From Candidatus Woesearchaeota archaeon (GTDB lineage: Archaea > Nanobdellota > Nanobdellia > Woesearchaeales > GW2011-AR4), in the NCBI GenBank assembly GCA_030751755.1, contig JASMFO010000050.1:1-29938 (forward strand): a stretch of 29,938 nucleotides of DNA, read 5' to 3'. Positions 1 through 8,675 of this stretch are shown piece after piece; position 1 is the stretch's first letter; each line of letters begins with the position of its first letter. The notes beneath the pieces were generated by a model. It had not been told where the DNA came from. It saw nothing but the letters and a program-made list of their open reading frames with translations, and searched no databases. The translations under genes and the position numbers were made by a program.

Positions 1-835
1 GTCTGTCTTGAATCTTGAAGCAGGAAAAGGCAGGTTGCTTAGAGATGGTGATAGTAAGAAAACAATTTTAGGTAATAATCTTGGTGAAGCTGATGCAGGG
101 TTTGAAAAACAGATAGTTCTAGGCTCAAAAATGCTTATTGAGGATGAGGAATTTGAAGTTATTGGTATACTTAAGAAAAAAGGTAATTTTCTTGTTGACA
201 ATATTGCAATCACGGAGGAAGATGATTTAAGGAAAATATTAGATATTCCGGATGAGGATTATGATGTTATCGCATTACAAGTTCATCCAAATGCCGATAT
301 CAAGGCTGTGCAGGAAGATATAGAAAAGTTGATGAGAAAAGAAAGAGATGTAAAGAAAGGCGAGGAGGATTTTACAGTCCAGACACCGCAAGCTGTACTT
401 GCACAGGTTAATTCAACTTTGTTTGCTGTACAGCTGTTTGTCTATATTATTGCGGCTATATCCATAATTGTTGGCGGCATCGGGATAATGAATACTATGT
501 TTACATCTGTTCTTGAGAGGACAAAAGAGATCGGAATAATGAAGTCAATTGGCGCAAGAAACAGCACAATTTTTTCGTTGTTTTTTATTGAATCGGGGCT
601 GATAGGGAGTATAGGAGGGATAATGGGTGCTGTTATTGGGATAAGTATGGCAACGGGTCTTGCCTTTATTGGAAGAATACTGCTTGGAAGCGAGCTTATT
701 AGAACAGAAATAAGTCTCTGGTTAGTGCTTGGCTCAATATTGGGCTCATTTTTACTTGGGAGTATATTTGGGGTAATTCCTGCAATACGGGCATCGAGAC
801 TAAATCCTGTAGATGCTTTACGGCATACTAAATAA
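1..835 (+). CDS. ABC-transporter permease, MacB/FtsX family (5' end cut by window edge)
   Basis: The frame is open to the window start. An extracytoplasmic MacB-like region is followed by C-terminal TM helices. The conserved loop ERTKEIGIMKSIGARNSTI and the C-terminus RLNPVDALRHTK are typical of FtsX-domain permeases. It lacks the N-terminal TM1 seen in the full-length paralog next door. Confidence 0.85.
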   Translation, partial: SVLNLEAGKGRLLRDGDSKKTILGNNLGEADAGFEKQIVLGSKMLIEDEEFEVIGILKKKGNFLVDNIAITEEDDLRKILDIPDEDYDVIALQVHPNADIKAVQEDIEKLMRKERDVKKGEEDFTVQTPQAVLAQVNSTLFAVQLFVYIIAAISIIVGGIGIMNTMFTSVLERTKEIGIMKSIGARNSTIFSLFFIESGLIGSIGGIMGAVIGISMATGLAFIGRILLGSELIRTEISLWLVLGSILGSFLLGSIFGVIPAIRASRLNPVDALRHTK

Positions 836-846
836 TAAGGTGTAAG

Positions 847-2067
847 ATGATAGGAGATTTAATTAAATACGTTATAACTAATATTAGGCATAGATTTACA
901 AGAAGTTCTCTTACTATTCTTTCTATACTTATCGGCATAATGTCTATTTTTGTTTTAATCAGCTTTGGTGAGGGGCTTAGAAATTATATGGATATTATGG
1001 CCCAGGAAATGGGGACAGACAAACTCATTGCTCAGCCAAGGGGTTATGGAGCTCCAGGCACTACAGGAACACACCTTACTAAAGAGGATCTTGATTTTAT
1101 AAAAAAGCAAAGAGGTATTTCAGAATCTACTGGAATGATAATTGAGCAGAGTGAAGTGAAAATTGATAAAAAAAAGTTGGGAAAATGGGTTTTCATGATG
1201 GGAATGCCCACTAACCCTTCTGAACAAAAACTTATTGAAGAGGCTTTTGCAGGTTATGGGATTTTCAAAGGAAGAGCTTTAAAAACAGGAGATAAAAATA
1301 AGGTTACGGTTGGTTACAATTATTTGTTCGCTGACAAGATTTTTTCTAAACCTTTGAAACTAGGTGACAATATCTTTATCAATGGTAAATCTTTCGACAT
1401 AATAGGATTTTATGAAGAGATAGGCAATCCTGGTGATGATTCTAATGTTTACATGACAAATGATGCTATGAAAGAACTTTTTGATATTGGAGATGAATAT
1501 GCTATGGTCTACATCAGGGCGGAGAAAGGTGTAGTTCCAACTGAGCTTGCAGAAAGGCTTGAAGAAAAATTGAGGAAGAAAAAGGGGCAGAAAGAGGGTG
1601 AGGAAGATTTTTATATCCAGTCATTTGAGCAGCTTATGGAGACTTTTGGAACAATATTATTGGTGCTTAACTCTATTTTAGTAATAATTGCAGGAATATC
1701 CGTGCTTGTAGCTGCTGTAAATATCATGAACACGATGTATACTGCTGTTTTAGAGAGGACAAAAGAGATAGGAATAATGAAGTCTATTGGAGCAAGAAAC
1801 AGCACAATTCTTTTGATGTTCTTCTTTGAGTCAGGATTTTTGGGTTTGATTGGAGGCAGTATTGGTATGCTGCTTGGTTATGGTTTAGCAAAGCTTGGTG
1901 CTATTGCTATTGCTGCTACGGGATATTCATTTCTGCAGCCTTATTTTCCATGGTGGCTGATAGTCGGTTGTTTAGTATTTTCATTTTCAGTTGGTGCGGC
2001 TTCTGGTTTTTTTCCTGCAAGAGCAGCATCAAAGCTAAAGCCTGTGGATGCATTAAGATATGAGTAA
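847..2067 (+). CDS. ABC-transporter permease, MacB/FtsX family (full length, paralog of upstream gene)
   Basis: 406 aa. The layout is an N-terminal TM (SLTILSILIGIMSIFVLISF), a ~230 aa extracytoplasmic domain and then an FtsX 3-TM module. It has the same ERTKEIGIMKSIGARNSTI loop and ends KLKPVDALRYE. It starts 12 nt after the previous stop. Confidence 0.9.
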   Translation: MIGDLIKYVITNIRHRFTRSSLTILSILIGIMSIFVLISFGEGLRNYMDIMAQEMGTDKLIAQPRGYGAPGTTGTHLTKEDLDFIKKQRGISESTGMIIEQSEVKIDKKKLGKWVFMMGMPTNPSEQKLIEEAFAGYGIFKGRALKTGDKNKVTVGYNYLFADKIFSKPLKLGDNIFINGKSFDIIGFYEEIGNPGDDSNVYMTNDAMKELFDIGDEYAMVYIRAEKGVVPTELAERLEEKLRKKKGQKEGEEDFYIQSFEQLMETFGTILLVLNSILVIIAGISVLVAAVNIMNTMYTAVLERTKEIGIMKSIGARNSTILLMFFFESGFLGLIGGSIGMLLGYGLAKLGAIAIAATGYSFLQPYFPWWLIVGCLVFSFSVGAASGFFPARAASKLKPVDALRYE

Positions 2068-2070
2068 AAT

Positions 2071-3048
2071 CTAGTTCTTATTTAGTTGAGAAATATATTG
2101 TTTTAATTTTATTTTTATTCTATTTTTTAATAAATTATCAAAGTTTAAATTGTCAATTTCGTCAATGTTTATTTTAGGCATTTTTGTAAAAGTGCCTTGT
2201 ATTTCACAGCCAGCCTTATTTATTTCCTTTTCAATATTTTTTGCAAATTTTGTATTGAATAATTTTATTGCTGGGAATTTTGTTATTGAATCTGCTCCTG
2301 CATCCAACATTAGGTGTATGTAATTAACGCGGTTTACCCAGTGGCCTGCAACAATGTTTAAGTTTGGGAAAGTTTCTCTTGTTCTTTTAATCCATTCAAT
2401 GAAATAATCAATATCAGGTCCCTTGGAATGTTCAAATATTGTACCTTTTATTGGGTTTAATGCATAGAAAATAATTTTGTCTATTTTGTTTTTAATAATG
2501 AATTTTTTAAATGAGTTGAAATCACTAATTGTTTCTCCTAGGCCTATAATGAAAGTCATTGATTTTTTTAAGTGGTATTTATCGCAAATCTTGTACATCT
2601 TTTCTATTGGTACTATGGGTTTGTTTGGTGCAACTTTTTCATGGATTGTTTTGTTTGTTGTTTCTACTGCACCGCAGATTCCTTCTAGGTAAGGACTTAA
2701 TTTTTCTATTGTTTTTTTGTTTAAAATTCCAATGTTGAGCCATAATTTTTCATTGTTAATTTTGTAAATATTTTTGCAAAGCTCTAGAATGCTTTCTGTT
2801 GTGTAGCTTCCGTAGCCTGCCGACAGAAAGCCTATTTTCCATCCAAGCTTTTTGCAAAGGTAGGCTTCTGCAAGAATTGAAGCTGTAGTTCTTCGTGCTT
2901 TTTTTGGGTCAGAAATAAGGTTTTTTTGAGTGGACATATAGCAATAAGCACAGTCTCCTAATGAGCAGTACCAAGAAGTAAAGATGGCACGCTCAAAGTG
3001 GATTTTTCTGTTTGATCTATTTTTTTGTTTCAATATCAAATTATCCAT
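2071..3048 (-). CDS. radical SAM protein, BioB/ThiH/HydE-like fold, with non-canonical Cx4Cx2C cluster motif
   Basis: The N-terminal motif is WYCSLGDCAYCYMS, which has three Cys but Cx4Cx2C spacing. A later FIIGLGET segment resembles the GxIxGxGE of BioB-type enzymes. At 325 aa it is the size of a biotin-synthase-like protein. The exact function cannot be assigned from sequence alone. Confidence 0.6.
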   Translation of the reverse strand: MDNLILKQKNRSNRKIHFERAIFTSWYCSLGDCAYCYMSTQKNLISDPKKARRTTASILAEAYLCKKLGWKIGFLSAGYGSYTTESILELCKNIYKINNEKLWLNIGILNKKTIEKLSPYLEGICGAVETTNKTIHEKVAPNKPIVPIEKMYKICDKYHLKKSMTFIIGLGETISDFNSFKKFIIKNKIDKIIFYALNPIKGTIFEHSKGPDIDYFIEWIKRTRETFPNLNIVAGHWVNRVNYIHLMLDAGADSITKFPAIKLFNTKFAKNIEKEINKAGCEIQGTFTKMPKINIDEIDNLNFDNLLKNRIKIKLKQYISQLNKN

Positions 3049-3088
3049 AATAAATTTAGAAATATAGCGTATTTAAAAAATTTTAGAA

Positions 3089-4627
3089 TTATTTGCTGTT
3101 AGTTTTTTCCCTTTCCCTCAAAACATTCTTCTGCACTTTTCCCATCGCATTTTTTGGCAAGGTATCAATAAATTCAACATATTTTGGTTTTTTGTAGCTT
3201 GCAAGCCTTTGTTTGCAGTAAGCTATTATTTCTTCTTTGCTTGCTTTCTTGTTTTCTCTTAGAACTACGCAAGCCTTAACTGCTTCTCCAAAACACTGGT
3301 CTGGAACGCCAATAACAGCGCTTTCCAAAGCAGATGGATGTGTGTTTATAACCTCTTCAACTTCTGCTGGGTAAATATTCAATCCACCAGAGATTATCAA
3401 ATCCTTGCTTCTGCCCAGAAATATTACATAACCCTCTTCATCAATTTTTCCTAAGTCTCCAGTTATGAACCATCCATCATGGAAACTTTCTTTTGTTTTT
3501 TCTGGAGCATTCCAGTATCCTTTAAAGACATTGTCTCCCCTAATTAAAATACTGCCTTCTTTGCCTTGCGGGAGTTCATTAAAATTTTCATCTGTAATTT
3601 TAACTTTAACGCAAGGCAGTACAGGACCTACTGTCCCCGGCTTTCTTTTACCCTCATAAGGATTAGAAAAATTCATGTTTGTCTCTGACATTCCTGCTCT
3701 TTCTAAAATTTCATGTCCAAAAGTATCTTTAAATTCCTTGAATGTTTCTGCCGATAATGGCGCTGAGCCGGAAACAAATAATCTCATACTGTTTGTATCA
3801 TATTTTTCTTTGTCCTTTACTTGTAAAATCTTAATGTACATTGCAGGGACACCCATAAATAATGTGGCCTTCTTTTCTTCGATTAGTTTCAAGATTTCTT
3901 CTGCATCAAATTTTTTTCTTAGAACAAAACTATAGCCATTATAAAAAGCTCCGCATAAAGCCACACCTAAGCCATGGATATGGAATAATGGCAGGGTTAA
4001 GATTTGCTTGTCATTCTCTGTCAGGTGCCATGCCCGCTTTAATGCCTCCAAGTCAGATTCCATGTTTTTATGGCTCAGTAAAGCACCCTTGGATCTTCCG
4101 GTTGTTCCGGAAGTATAGAACATTATTGAGCCATCCTCGTCATTGATTTCTACATCTGGATTTTCATCAGAAGCATTATTAATAAATTCATTATAACTAA
4201 TAAACTCAATAGAATTATTTTTTACACCATTTTCATTATTATCGGTTATAATTATGTATTTTAGTTCATTGAGTTCTTTTAATATTTTTTTAATTATGGG
4301 CAAGCATTCTTTATCTGTGATGATTGCTTCAGCTGCTGAATTATTCAGCAGATGCTCTGCTTCTTTTTCCTTGAAAGAATTATTCATCGGAACAACTACA
4401 GAGCCATTCTTTAAAATACCTGTAAAGGAGTAGATTAATTCAAGATTGTTAGCGAGGTATAAGGCAACCCTGCCACCTTTATTAACACCAATATCTTTTA
4501 AGGCATTTGCTATCCTGTTTGAGTTTTTATTCAGCTCATCAAAAGTGACTTTTTTGTCAGCAAATTCTATTGCAACTTTATCTGCGTAAGTTTCAAAAAT
4601 TTTATTGAAACACGAAACTAGTGTCAT
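3089..4627 (-). CDS. AMP-dependent synthetase/ligase (acyl-CoA synthetase, FadD-like)
   Basis: The AMP-binding signature YTSGTTGRSKGA is present. Downstream motifs GWFITGDLG and the C-terminal KNAMGKVQK (catalytic Lys region) are also present. 512 aa. Confidence 0.9.
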   Translation of the reverse strand: MTLVSCFNKIFETYADKVAIEFADKKVTFDELNKNSNRIANALKDIGVNKGGRVALYLANNLELIYSFTGILKNGSVVVPMNNSFKEKEAEHLLNNSAAEAIITDKECLPIIKKILKELNELKYIIITDNNENGVKNNSIEFISYNEFINNASDENPDVEINDEDGSIMFYTSGTTGRSKGALLSHKNMESDLEALKRAWHLTENDKQILTLPLFHIHGLGVALCGAFYNGYSFVLRKKFDAEEILKLIEEKKATLFMGVPAMYIKILQVKDKEKYDTNSMRLFVSGSAPLSAETFKEFKDTFGHEILERAGMSETNMNFSNPYEGKRKPGTVGPVLPCVKVKITDENFNELPQGKEGSILIRGDNVFKGYWNAPEKTKESFHDGWFITGDLGKIDEEGYVIFLGRSKDLIISGGLNIYPAEVEEVINTHPSALESAVIGVPDQCFGEAVKACVVLRENKKASKEEIIAYCKQRLASYKKPKYVEFIDTLPKNAMGKVQKNVLREREKTNSK

Positions 4628-4725
4628 TTAGGATTTGGTTTATTTATATAGTTTAAAAATTTAACTAGTACATAACAAAAATCTTTTTAAATTCATTACA
4701 CTTATCCCATACAACTGGGGTGGAA

Positions 4726-4923
4726 ATGAAACTAGTAATTAATGGTCAAGAAAAAGAATTAGAATGTGGAAATATTTCAGAATTATTGAGTGGATTAAAT
4801 TTGAATAAAAACACTGTAGCAATAGAATTAAATAAAAATATTGTTCACAGACAAAAATTTGATAATACTCAATTAAAAGATAACGATAAATTAGAGATTG
4901 TTAAAGTCGTTGGTGGGGGTTAG
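4726..4923 (+). CDS. thiS: sulfur-carrier protein ThiS
   Basis: About 65 aa with a ubiquitin-like size and a C-terminal ...VVGGG directly before the stop. It lies immediately upstream of thiG. The ATG at 4726 is preferred over the in-frame GTG at 4720. Confidence 0.85.
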   Translation: MKLVINGQEKELECGNISELLSGLNLNKNTVAIELNKNIVHRQKFDNTQLKDNDKLEIVKVVGGG

Positions 4924-4926
4924 TAT

Positions 4927-5700
4927 ATGGATGATAAATTAAAGATTGGAGATTTTGAATTTAATTCCAGACTATTTATCGGTACTGGGAAGTATGAGAA
5001 TTTGGATATAATGAAAAAAGCTCATGAAGCTGCTGGTGCAGAAGTCGTTACTGTTGCAATCAGAAGGGTTGATTTGAATGATAAAAGCGATAAGAGTCTA
5101 ATGAGTTTTATTGATACAAATAAAATTAAGATACTGCCTAATACTGCTGCCTGCTTTACTGCAGATGAAGCCATTAGGACAGCAAGGCTTGCAAAAGCAG
5201 CCGGATTGCCTAATTGGGTTAAACTAGAGGTTATTGGAGATAAAAAAACACTTATGCCCGATAATGAAGAGACATTAAAAGCAACAAAGGTTTTGGTTAA
5301 AGAAGGTTTTACAGTTCTTGCTTATACAAATGAGGATATTGTTTATGCTAAAAAGCTAGAGGAAGCAGGGGCTGCAGCAGTCATGCCTCTTGGAGCTCCA
5401 ATTGGATCTGGACAAGGAATATTAAATCCGAATAACATCAAGATTATTTTAGAACAGGCTAAAGTTCCTATAATTGTTGATGCGGGTGTTGGAACTGCTT
5501 CTGATGCAACAATCGCAATGGAATTAGGAGCAGATGGTGTTTTATTGAATACTGGAGTTGCTTTGGCTAAAGATCCTGTAAGGATGGCAAAGGCAATGAA
5601 ATCAGCTATAGAATCCGGAAGAGATGCTTTCTTGGCTGGAAGAATCCCTAAGAAATTATATGCGAGTGCTTCTAGCCCAATAGGAGATACTATTAAATAA
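4927..5700 (+). CDS. thiG: thiazole synthase ThiG
   Basis: 257 aa. It has [12 protein letters not shown] at the N-terminus, a LPNTA motif and [13 protein letters not shown], which are characteristic of ThiG. It starts 4 nt after the thiS stop. Confidence 0.93.
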   Translation: MDDKLKIGDFEFNSRLFIGTGKYENLDIMKKAHEAAGAEVVTVAIRRVDLNDKSDKSLMSFIDTNKIKILPNTAACFTADEAIRTARLAKAAGLPNWVKLEVIGDKKTLMPDNEETLKATKVLVKEGFTVLAYTNEDIVYAKKLEEAGAAAVMPLGAPIGSGQGILNPNNIKIILEQAKVPIIVDAGVGTASDATIAMELGADGVLLNTGVALAKDPVRMAKAMKSAIESGRDAFLAGRIPKKLYASASSPIGDTIK

Positions 5701-5723
5701 AAAATAATTAATTTCTTTTCATT

Positions 5724-6350
5724 ATGAAAAACTTTGACTTTAATAACAAATTATATGTAATAACAGAAAGCACTATTTCTAAAGGCAGGAATAATGAGGA
5801 GATTGTAAGAGAGGCTATAAAAGGAGGCGCAGAGATAATACAATTAAGGGAAAAAGACTTGGATAAAAATAAAATTAAAAATGAGGCAATCAGATTATTA
5901 AAGATTTGCAGGGAAAATAATGTTCTTTTCATTGTTAATGATTATGTCGATGTTGCTCTGGAGATTGGAGCAGATGGTGTTCATTTAGGGCAAACAGATA
6001 TGTCAATATCTGAGGCAAGGAAGGTTTGTAGGAATAAGTTAATTATTGGTTTGTCAACGCATTCTGTTGAGCAAGCCATTAAAGCAGACAAAGAAGATGT
6101 TGATTACATTACAATAGGGCCAATATATAAAACAAGAGCAAAAGATTTCACAGTAGGAACTGAAATAATAAAGGAAGTTGTCAGTAAAGTGGAAAAGCCG
6201 GTTATAGCCATTGGTGGAATTAATAAAAATAATATTGATGAAGTTTTAAAACAAGGTATTAAAAGTGTTGCAGTTATAAGCGCTGTTGTTTCTGCAGAAA
6301 ATGTTAAGGAAGCTGCTAAGAAATTAGTACAAAAAATAAAACAATTATAG
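5724..6350 (+). CDS. thiE: thiamine-phosphate synthase ThiE
   Basis: 208 aa. The LYVIT start region, IQLREKD, GADGVHLGQ.D and AIGGI motifs fit ThiE/TMP-TENI. It lies downstream of thiG. Confidence 0.9.
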   Translation: MKNFDFNNKLYVITESTISKGRNNEEIVREAIKGGAEIIQLREKDLDKNKIKNEAIRLLKICRENNVLFIVNDYVDVALEIGADGVHLGQTDMSISEARKVCRNKLIIGLSTHSVEQAIKADKEDVDYITIGPIYKTRAKDFTVGTEIIKEVVSKVEKPVIAIGGINKNNIDEVLKQGIKSVAVISAVVSAENVKEAAKKLVQKIKQL

Positions 6351-6352
6351 AC

Positions 6353-7468
6353 TTATTTATTAAATCTCTCAACACCAAAATCTTTAATTTCAGAAACGAG
6401 ATTATCATTCACAACCAGTTCTGTTACTGCTTTTACTGTTATTGGCGCAAGTAAAATTCCATTCCTTCCATGCGCTGTTGCCAGGATTAAATTTTTGATA
6501 TTTGTTTTTCCAATGACGGGTAATTTATCATCTGTAAAAGGCCTAAAACCAGACCATTTTTCAATAATTTTCATATTTTTAAATTCGGGAACAATATCAT
6601 AAGCTGTTTTTAATATGGAATTTATGCCCTCATCTGTAACCTTTTTCTCAAATCCCATATCTTCCATAGTAGAGCCTAAGATTATTGTATTGTCTTTTCT
6701 TGGAACCATATAGCCTCCTTTTCCCAGTATGCTTGCAAAGATTACTTTGTCAAGCATTTTTTTGTTTGCTTGTAGGGAAACCAATTGTCCATGGATTGGC
6801 TTCACTTCAAAATTTGGAATTATGCCTGGAGAAATTAATGAGGACCATGCACCAGATGTGTTTATTATAGTATCAGCATTAAAAATTCCATTGTTGGTTT
6901 CCACACCCCTTATTTTATTATTTTTTATTATATAATTTTTTACATTGCAATTTTCAATTAGTTTATTGCCGATTTTTTTATTTGCTGTAATTAAAGCTTC
7001 CATCAGTTTTCTGTTATTAACCTGGCCGTCATTTTTTGTGTATAATCCAGACAAAATGTTTTCAGATAGTTCTGGTTCTATCTTCCTTAACTCATCTCCA
7101 GGTAAAAACTCAATCTCAAAACCTTGCTTTTTCTGCCATTTATAATTATTTTTCAGATGTTTTTCCTGCTCTTCAGTTAATGCAGGCCTGAGCATGCCGC
7201 ATTTTTGAAATTCCACGGCAATTCCTGATGCGCTTTCAATATCTTTGCAAAACTCTGCATACATGCTTCTGCTTTTAATGCAGAAATCCATAAATTTTTC
7301 ATAAAAATCAAATTCTGACTGTGCAGCTAACATTCCTGCTGATGCGTATGATGCTTCCATTCCTACTTTGCCTTTTTCCAATACCCTAATATCAAAATTA
7401 TTTTTTTTAAGGTAAAAAGAAATACTTAAACCTATAATTCCTGCACCAATGATAATAATTTTTTTCAT
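6353..7468 (-). CDS. thiO: FAD-dependent glycine oxidase ThiO (DAO family)
   Basis: It has an N-terminal Rossmann motif IIIGAGIIGLS, then SYASAGMLAA and a C-terminal AHGRNGILLAP, as in ThiO. It is convergent with and abuts thiE (2-nt gap). Confidence 0.8.
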   Translation of the reverse strand: MKKIIIIGAGIIGLSISFYLKKNNFDIRVLEKGKVGMEASYASAGMLAAQSEFDFYEKFMDFCIKSRSMYAEFCKDIESASGIAVEFQKCGMLRPALTEEQEKHLKNNYKWQKKQGFEIEFLPGDELRKIEPELSENILSGLYTKNDGQVNNRKLMEALITANKKIGNKLIENCNVKNYIIKNNKIRGVETNNGIFNADTIINTSGAWSSLISPGIIPNFEVKPIHGQLVSLQANKKMLDKVIFASILGKGGYMVPRKDNTIILGSTMEDMGFEKKVTDEGINSILKTAYDIVPEFKNMKIIEKWSGFRPFTDDKLPVIGKTNIKNLILATAHGRNGILLAPITVKAVTELVVNDNLVSEIKDFGVERFNK

Positions 7469-7549
7469 AATAACCGGTATCGCATCATTACTTTTAAATA
7501 TTATTGGAATGGTAAGATTATTAAATACTTAACTTAAACTAATCTTAAA

Positions 7550-7756
7550 ATGAAGAAATTTTTAGTGTTATTGGTGGTTTTGGTTTTAGCAGCATTGCTA
7601 GTACTTGGCTGCCAAAAAGCATCACCAACAGGATATGCATCATACGGCCAGCAAGGCCAGCAGCAACCTTATGTTGGTGGAGGCTGCGGAGTATCTCCTG
7701 TTTCCGATTCGGGAGAAGCTCCTTTGCAAGTTTCTGAATCAAGTTTGGCTGCTTGA
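7550..7756 (+). CDS. small secreted/lipobox peptide, Gln/Gly-rich (hypothetical)
   Basis: 68 aa. A signal peptide MKKFLVLLVVLVLAALLVLG is followed by Cys (lipobox-like LGC). The mature part is low-complexity and contains a GGGCG segment. The gene is visibly more GC-rich than its flanks. The antisense ORF 7545..7916 is taken as a shadow. Confidence 0.5.
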   Translation: MKKFLVLLVVLVLAALLVLGCQKASPTGYASYGQQGQQQPYVGGGCGVSPVSDSGEAPLQVSESSLAA

Positions 7757-7761
7757 ATAAA

Positions 7762-8196
7762 ATGTCCCTAAGCAAAGAGGAAATCGGACAGATTAGGCAT
7801 GAAACTGAAAAAATAAAGTCTACTATAGGAAAAACAATAGAAAAGCCAAAAAGCAATAAGAAGCTTATCCTTCTTTCTATTATTTCTGTTGCTTTTTTGC
7901 TGATTGTTGGAGGCATAGGTTTTAGCTACATGAATTCAAAAAAGCCAGGACCACTAGATAATTTTGCAAAATGCCTGACTGAGAATGGTGCAGTTATGTA
8001 TGGTGCAACATGGTGCAAGTATACTCAAGGGCAGAAAGCAATGTTCGGAAATTCTATAAAATTTGTTGATTATAGAGATTTTACTAAGAACCCTGAAGTT
8101 AAAATAACACCTACCTGGTTTTTTGAAGGAGAGAAATATGAAAATGCTCAATCTCTGGACAAGTTAGCTGCCATTACTGGGTGTGTTATAGGATAA
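7762..8196 (+). CDS. membrane-anchored thioredoxin-like protein (VKOR-associated Trx-like domain) with degenerate CxxT site
   Basis: There is a cytoplasmic N-terminus, one TM (LILLSIISVAFLLIVGGIGF), then VMYGATWCKYTQGQKAMFG...ITPTWFF...LAAITGC. This matches the YGAxWCPHCxxQK...YPTW pattern of VKOR-fused Trx-like domains, but the second Cys is replaced by Thr. The ATG at 7762 is preferred over the TTG at 7753. Confidence 0.65.
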   Translation: MSLSKEEIGQIRHETEKIKSTIGKTIEKPKSNKKLILLSIISVAFLLIVGGIGFSYMNSKKPGPLDNFAKCLTENGAVMYGATWCKYTQGQKAMFGNSIKFVDYRDFTKNPEVKITPTWFFEGEKYENAQSLDKLAAITGCVIG

Positions 8197-8258
8197 TGTG
8201 CATGATTATTCTAACCATCAATAAGTTTTTTAAAACAGCAAATAATACATGTTCTTGT

Positions 8259-8342
8259 GCCACGGTCGCATAATCTGGCATTGCGGGAGGCTCGAACCCT
8301 CCTGGTCGCAAGACTGTGTAGGTTCAAATCCTGCCCGTGGCG
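8259..8342 (+). tRNA. tRNA-Ser (anticodon CGA), class II with long variable arm, no intron
   Basis: Hand fold. The acceptor is GCCACGG/CCGTGGC with discriminator G. The anticodon stem is GGAGG/CCTCC with loop CTCGAAC. The variable arm is GGTC-GCAA-GACT and the T arm is GTAGG-TTCAAAT-CCTGC. CCA is not encoded. Confidence 0.9.
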
Positions 8343-8378
8343 TCAATATTTATAAATAAAAATATTTTACCATCGACA

Positions 8379-8675
8379 ATGAAAAATCCAGAACTTAGTA
8401 CAGGAGTATTGATATTGATTATAATTACTCTTGTTTTATTGTCTTCTATAATTTTAATTGATGGATTTGAAACAGAAGAAAAAGTTGATGTATTGAATGC
8501 TGTTGCAGGAGAAATGCAGAGTTTTGAAGTTTATCATGAAATTTCCAATATTTATTACCCTACTAAAAAGAACACAAAAAGGTATGATGATAAGTTGTTT
8601 GAATATTTAGAGCATATACAAGAACAAAGAGATAAGACTTTTCAAAGAGGTAGGGTATTTCTAAGGGAAAAATAG
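8379..8675 (+). CDS. hypothetical membrane-anchored protein
   Basis: 98 aa from the ATG at 8379. The GTG at 8337 in the ORF track lies inside the tRNA. There is an N-terminal TM (GVLILIIITLVLLSSIILI) and a TATA-like TTTATAAATAAA about 25-30 nt upstream. The stop codon abuts the 3' end of the next tRNA. Confidence 0.5.
   Translation: MKNPELSTGVLILIIITLVLLSSIILIDGFETEEKVDVLNAVAGEMQSFEVYHEISNIYYPTKKNTKRYDDKLFEYLEHIQEQRDKTFQRGRVFLREK

Noticed and set aside
4628-4725. A possible TPP riboswitch upstream of thiS.
   Set aside because: The spacer is only 98 nt and extremely AT-rich. I could not find the conserved CUGAGA or ACCUGAUCUGGAUAAUGCCAGCG-type cores. A covariance-model scan would be the decisive test.
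7545-7916. A 123-aa minus-strand ORF spans the small peptide gene and the start of the Trx-like gene.
   Set aside because: It is antisense to two plus-strand ORFs that have a clear signal peptide, a TM helix and a Trx-like motif. Its own translation has no recognisable features, so I treat it as a shadow ORF.
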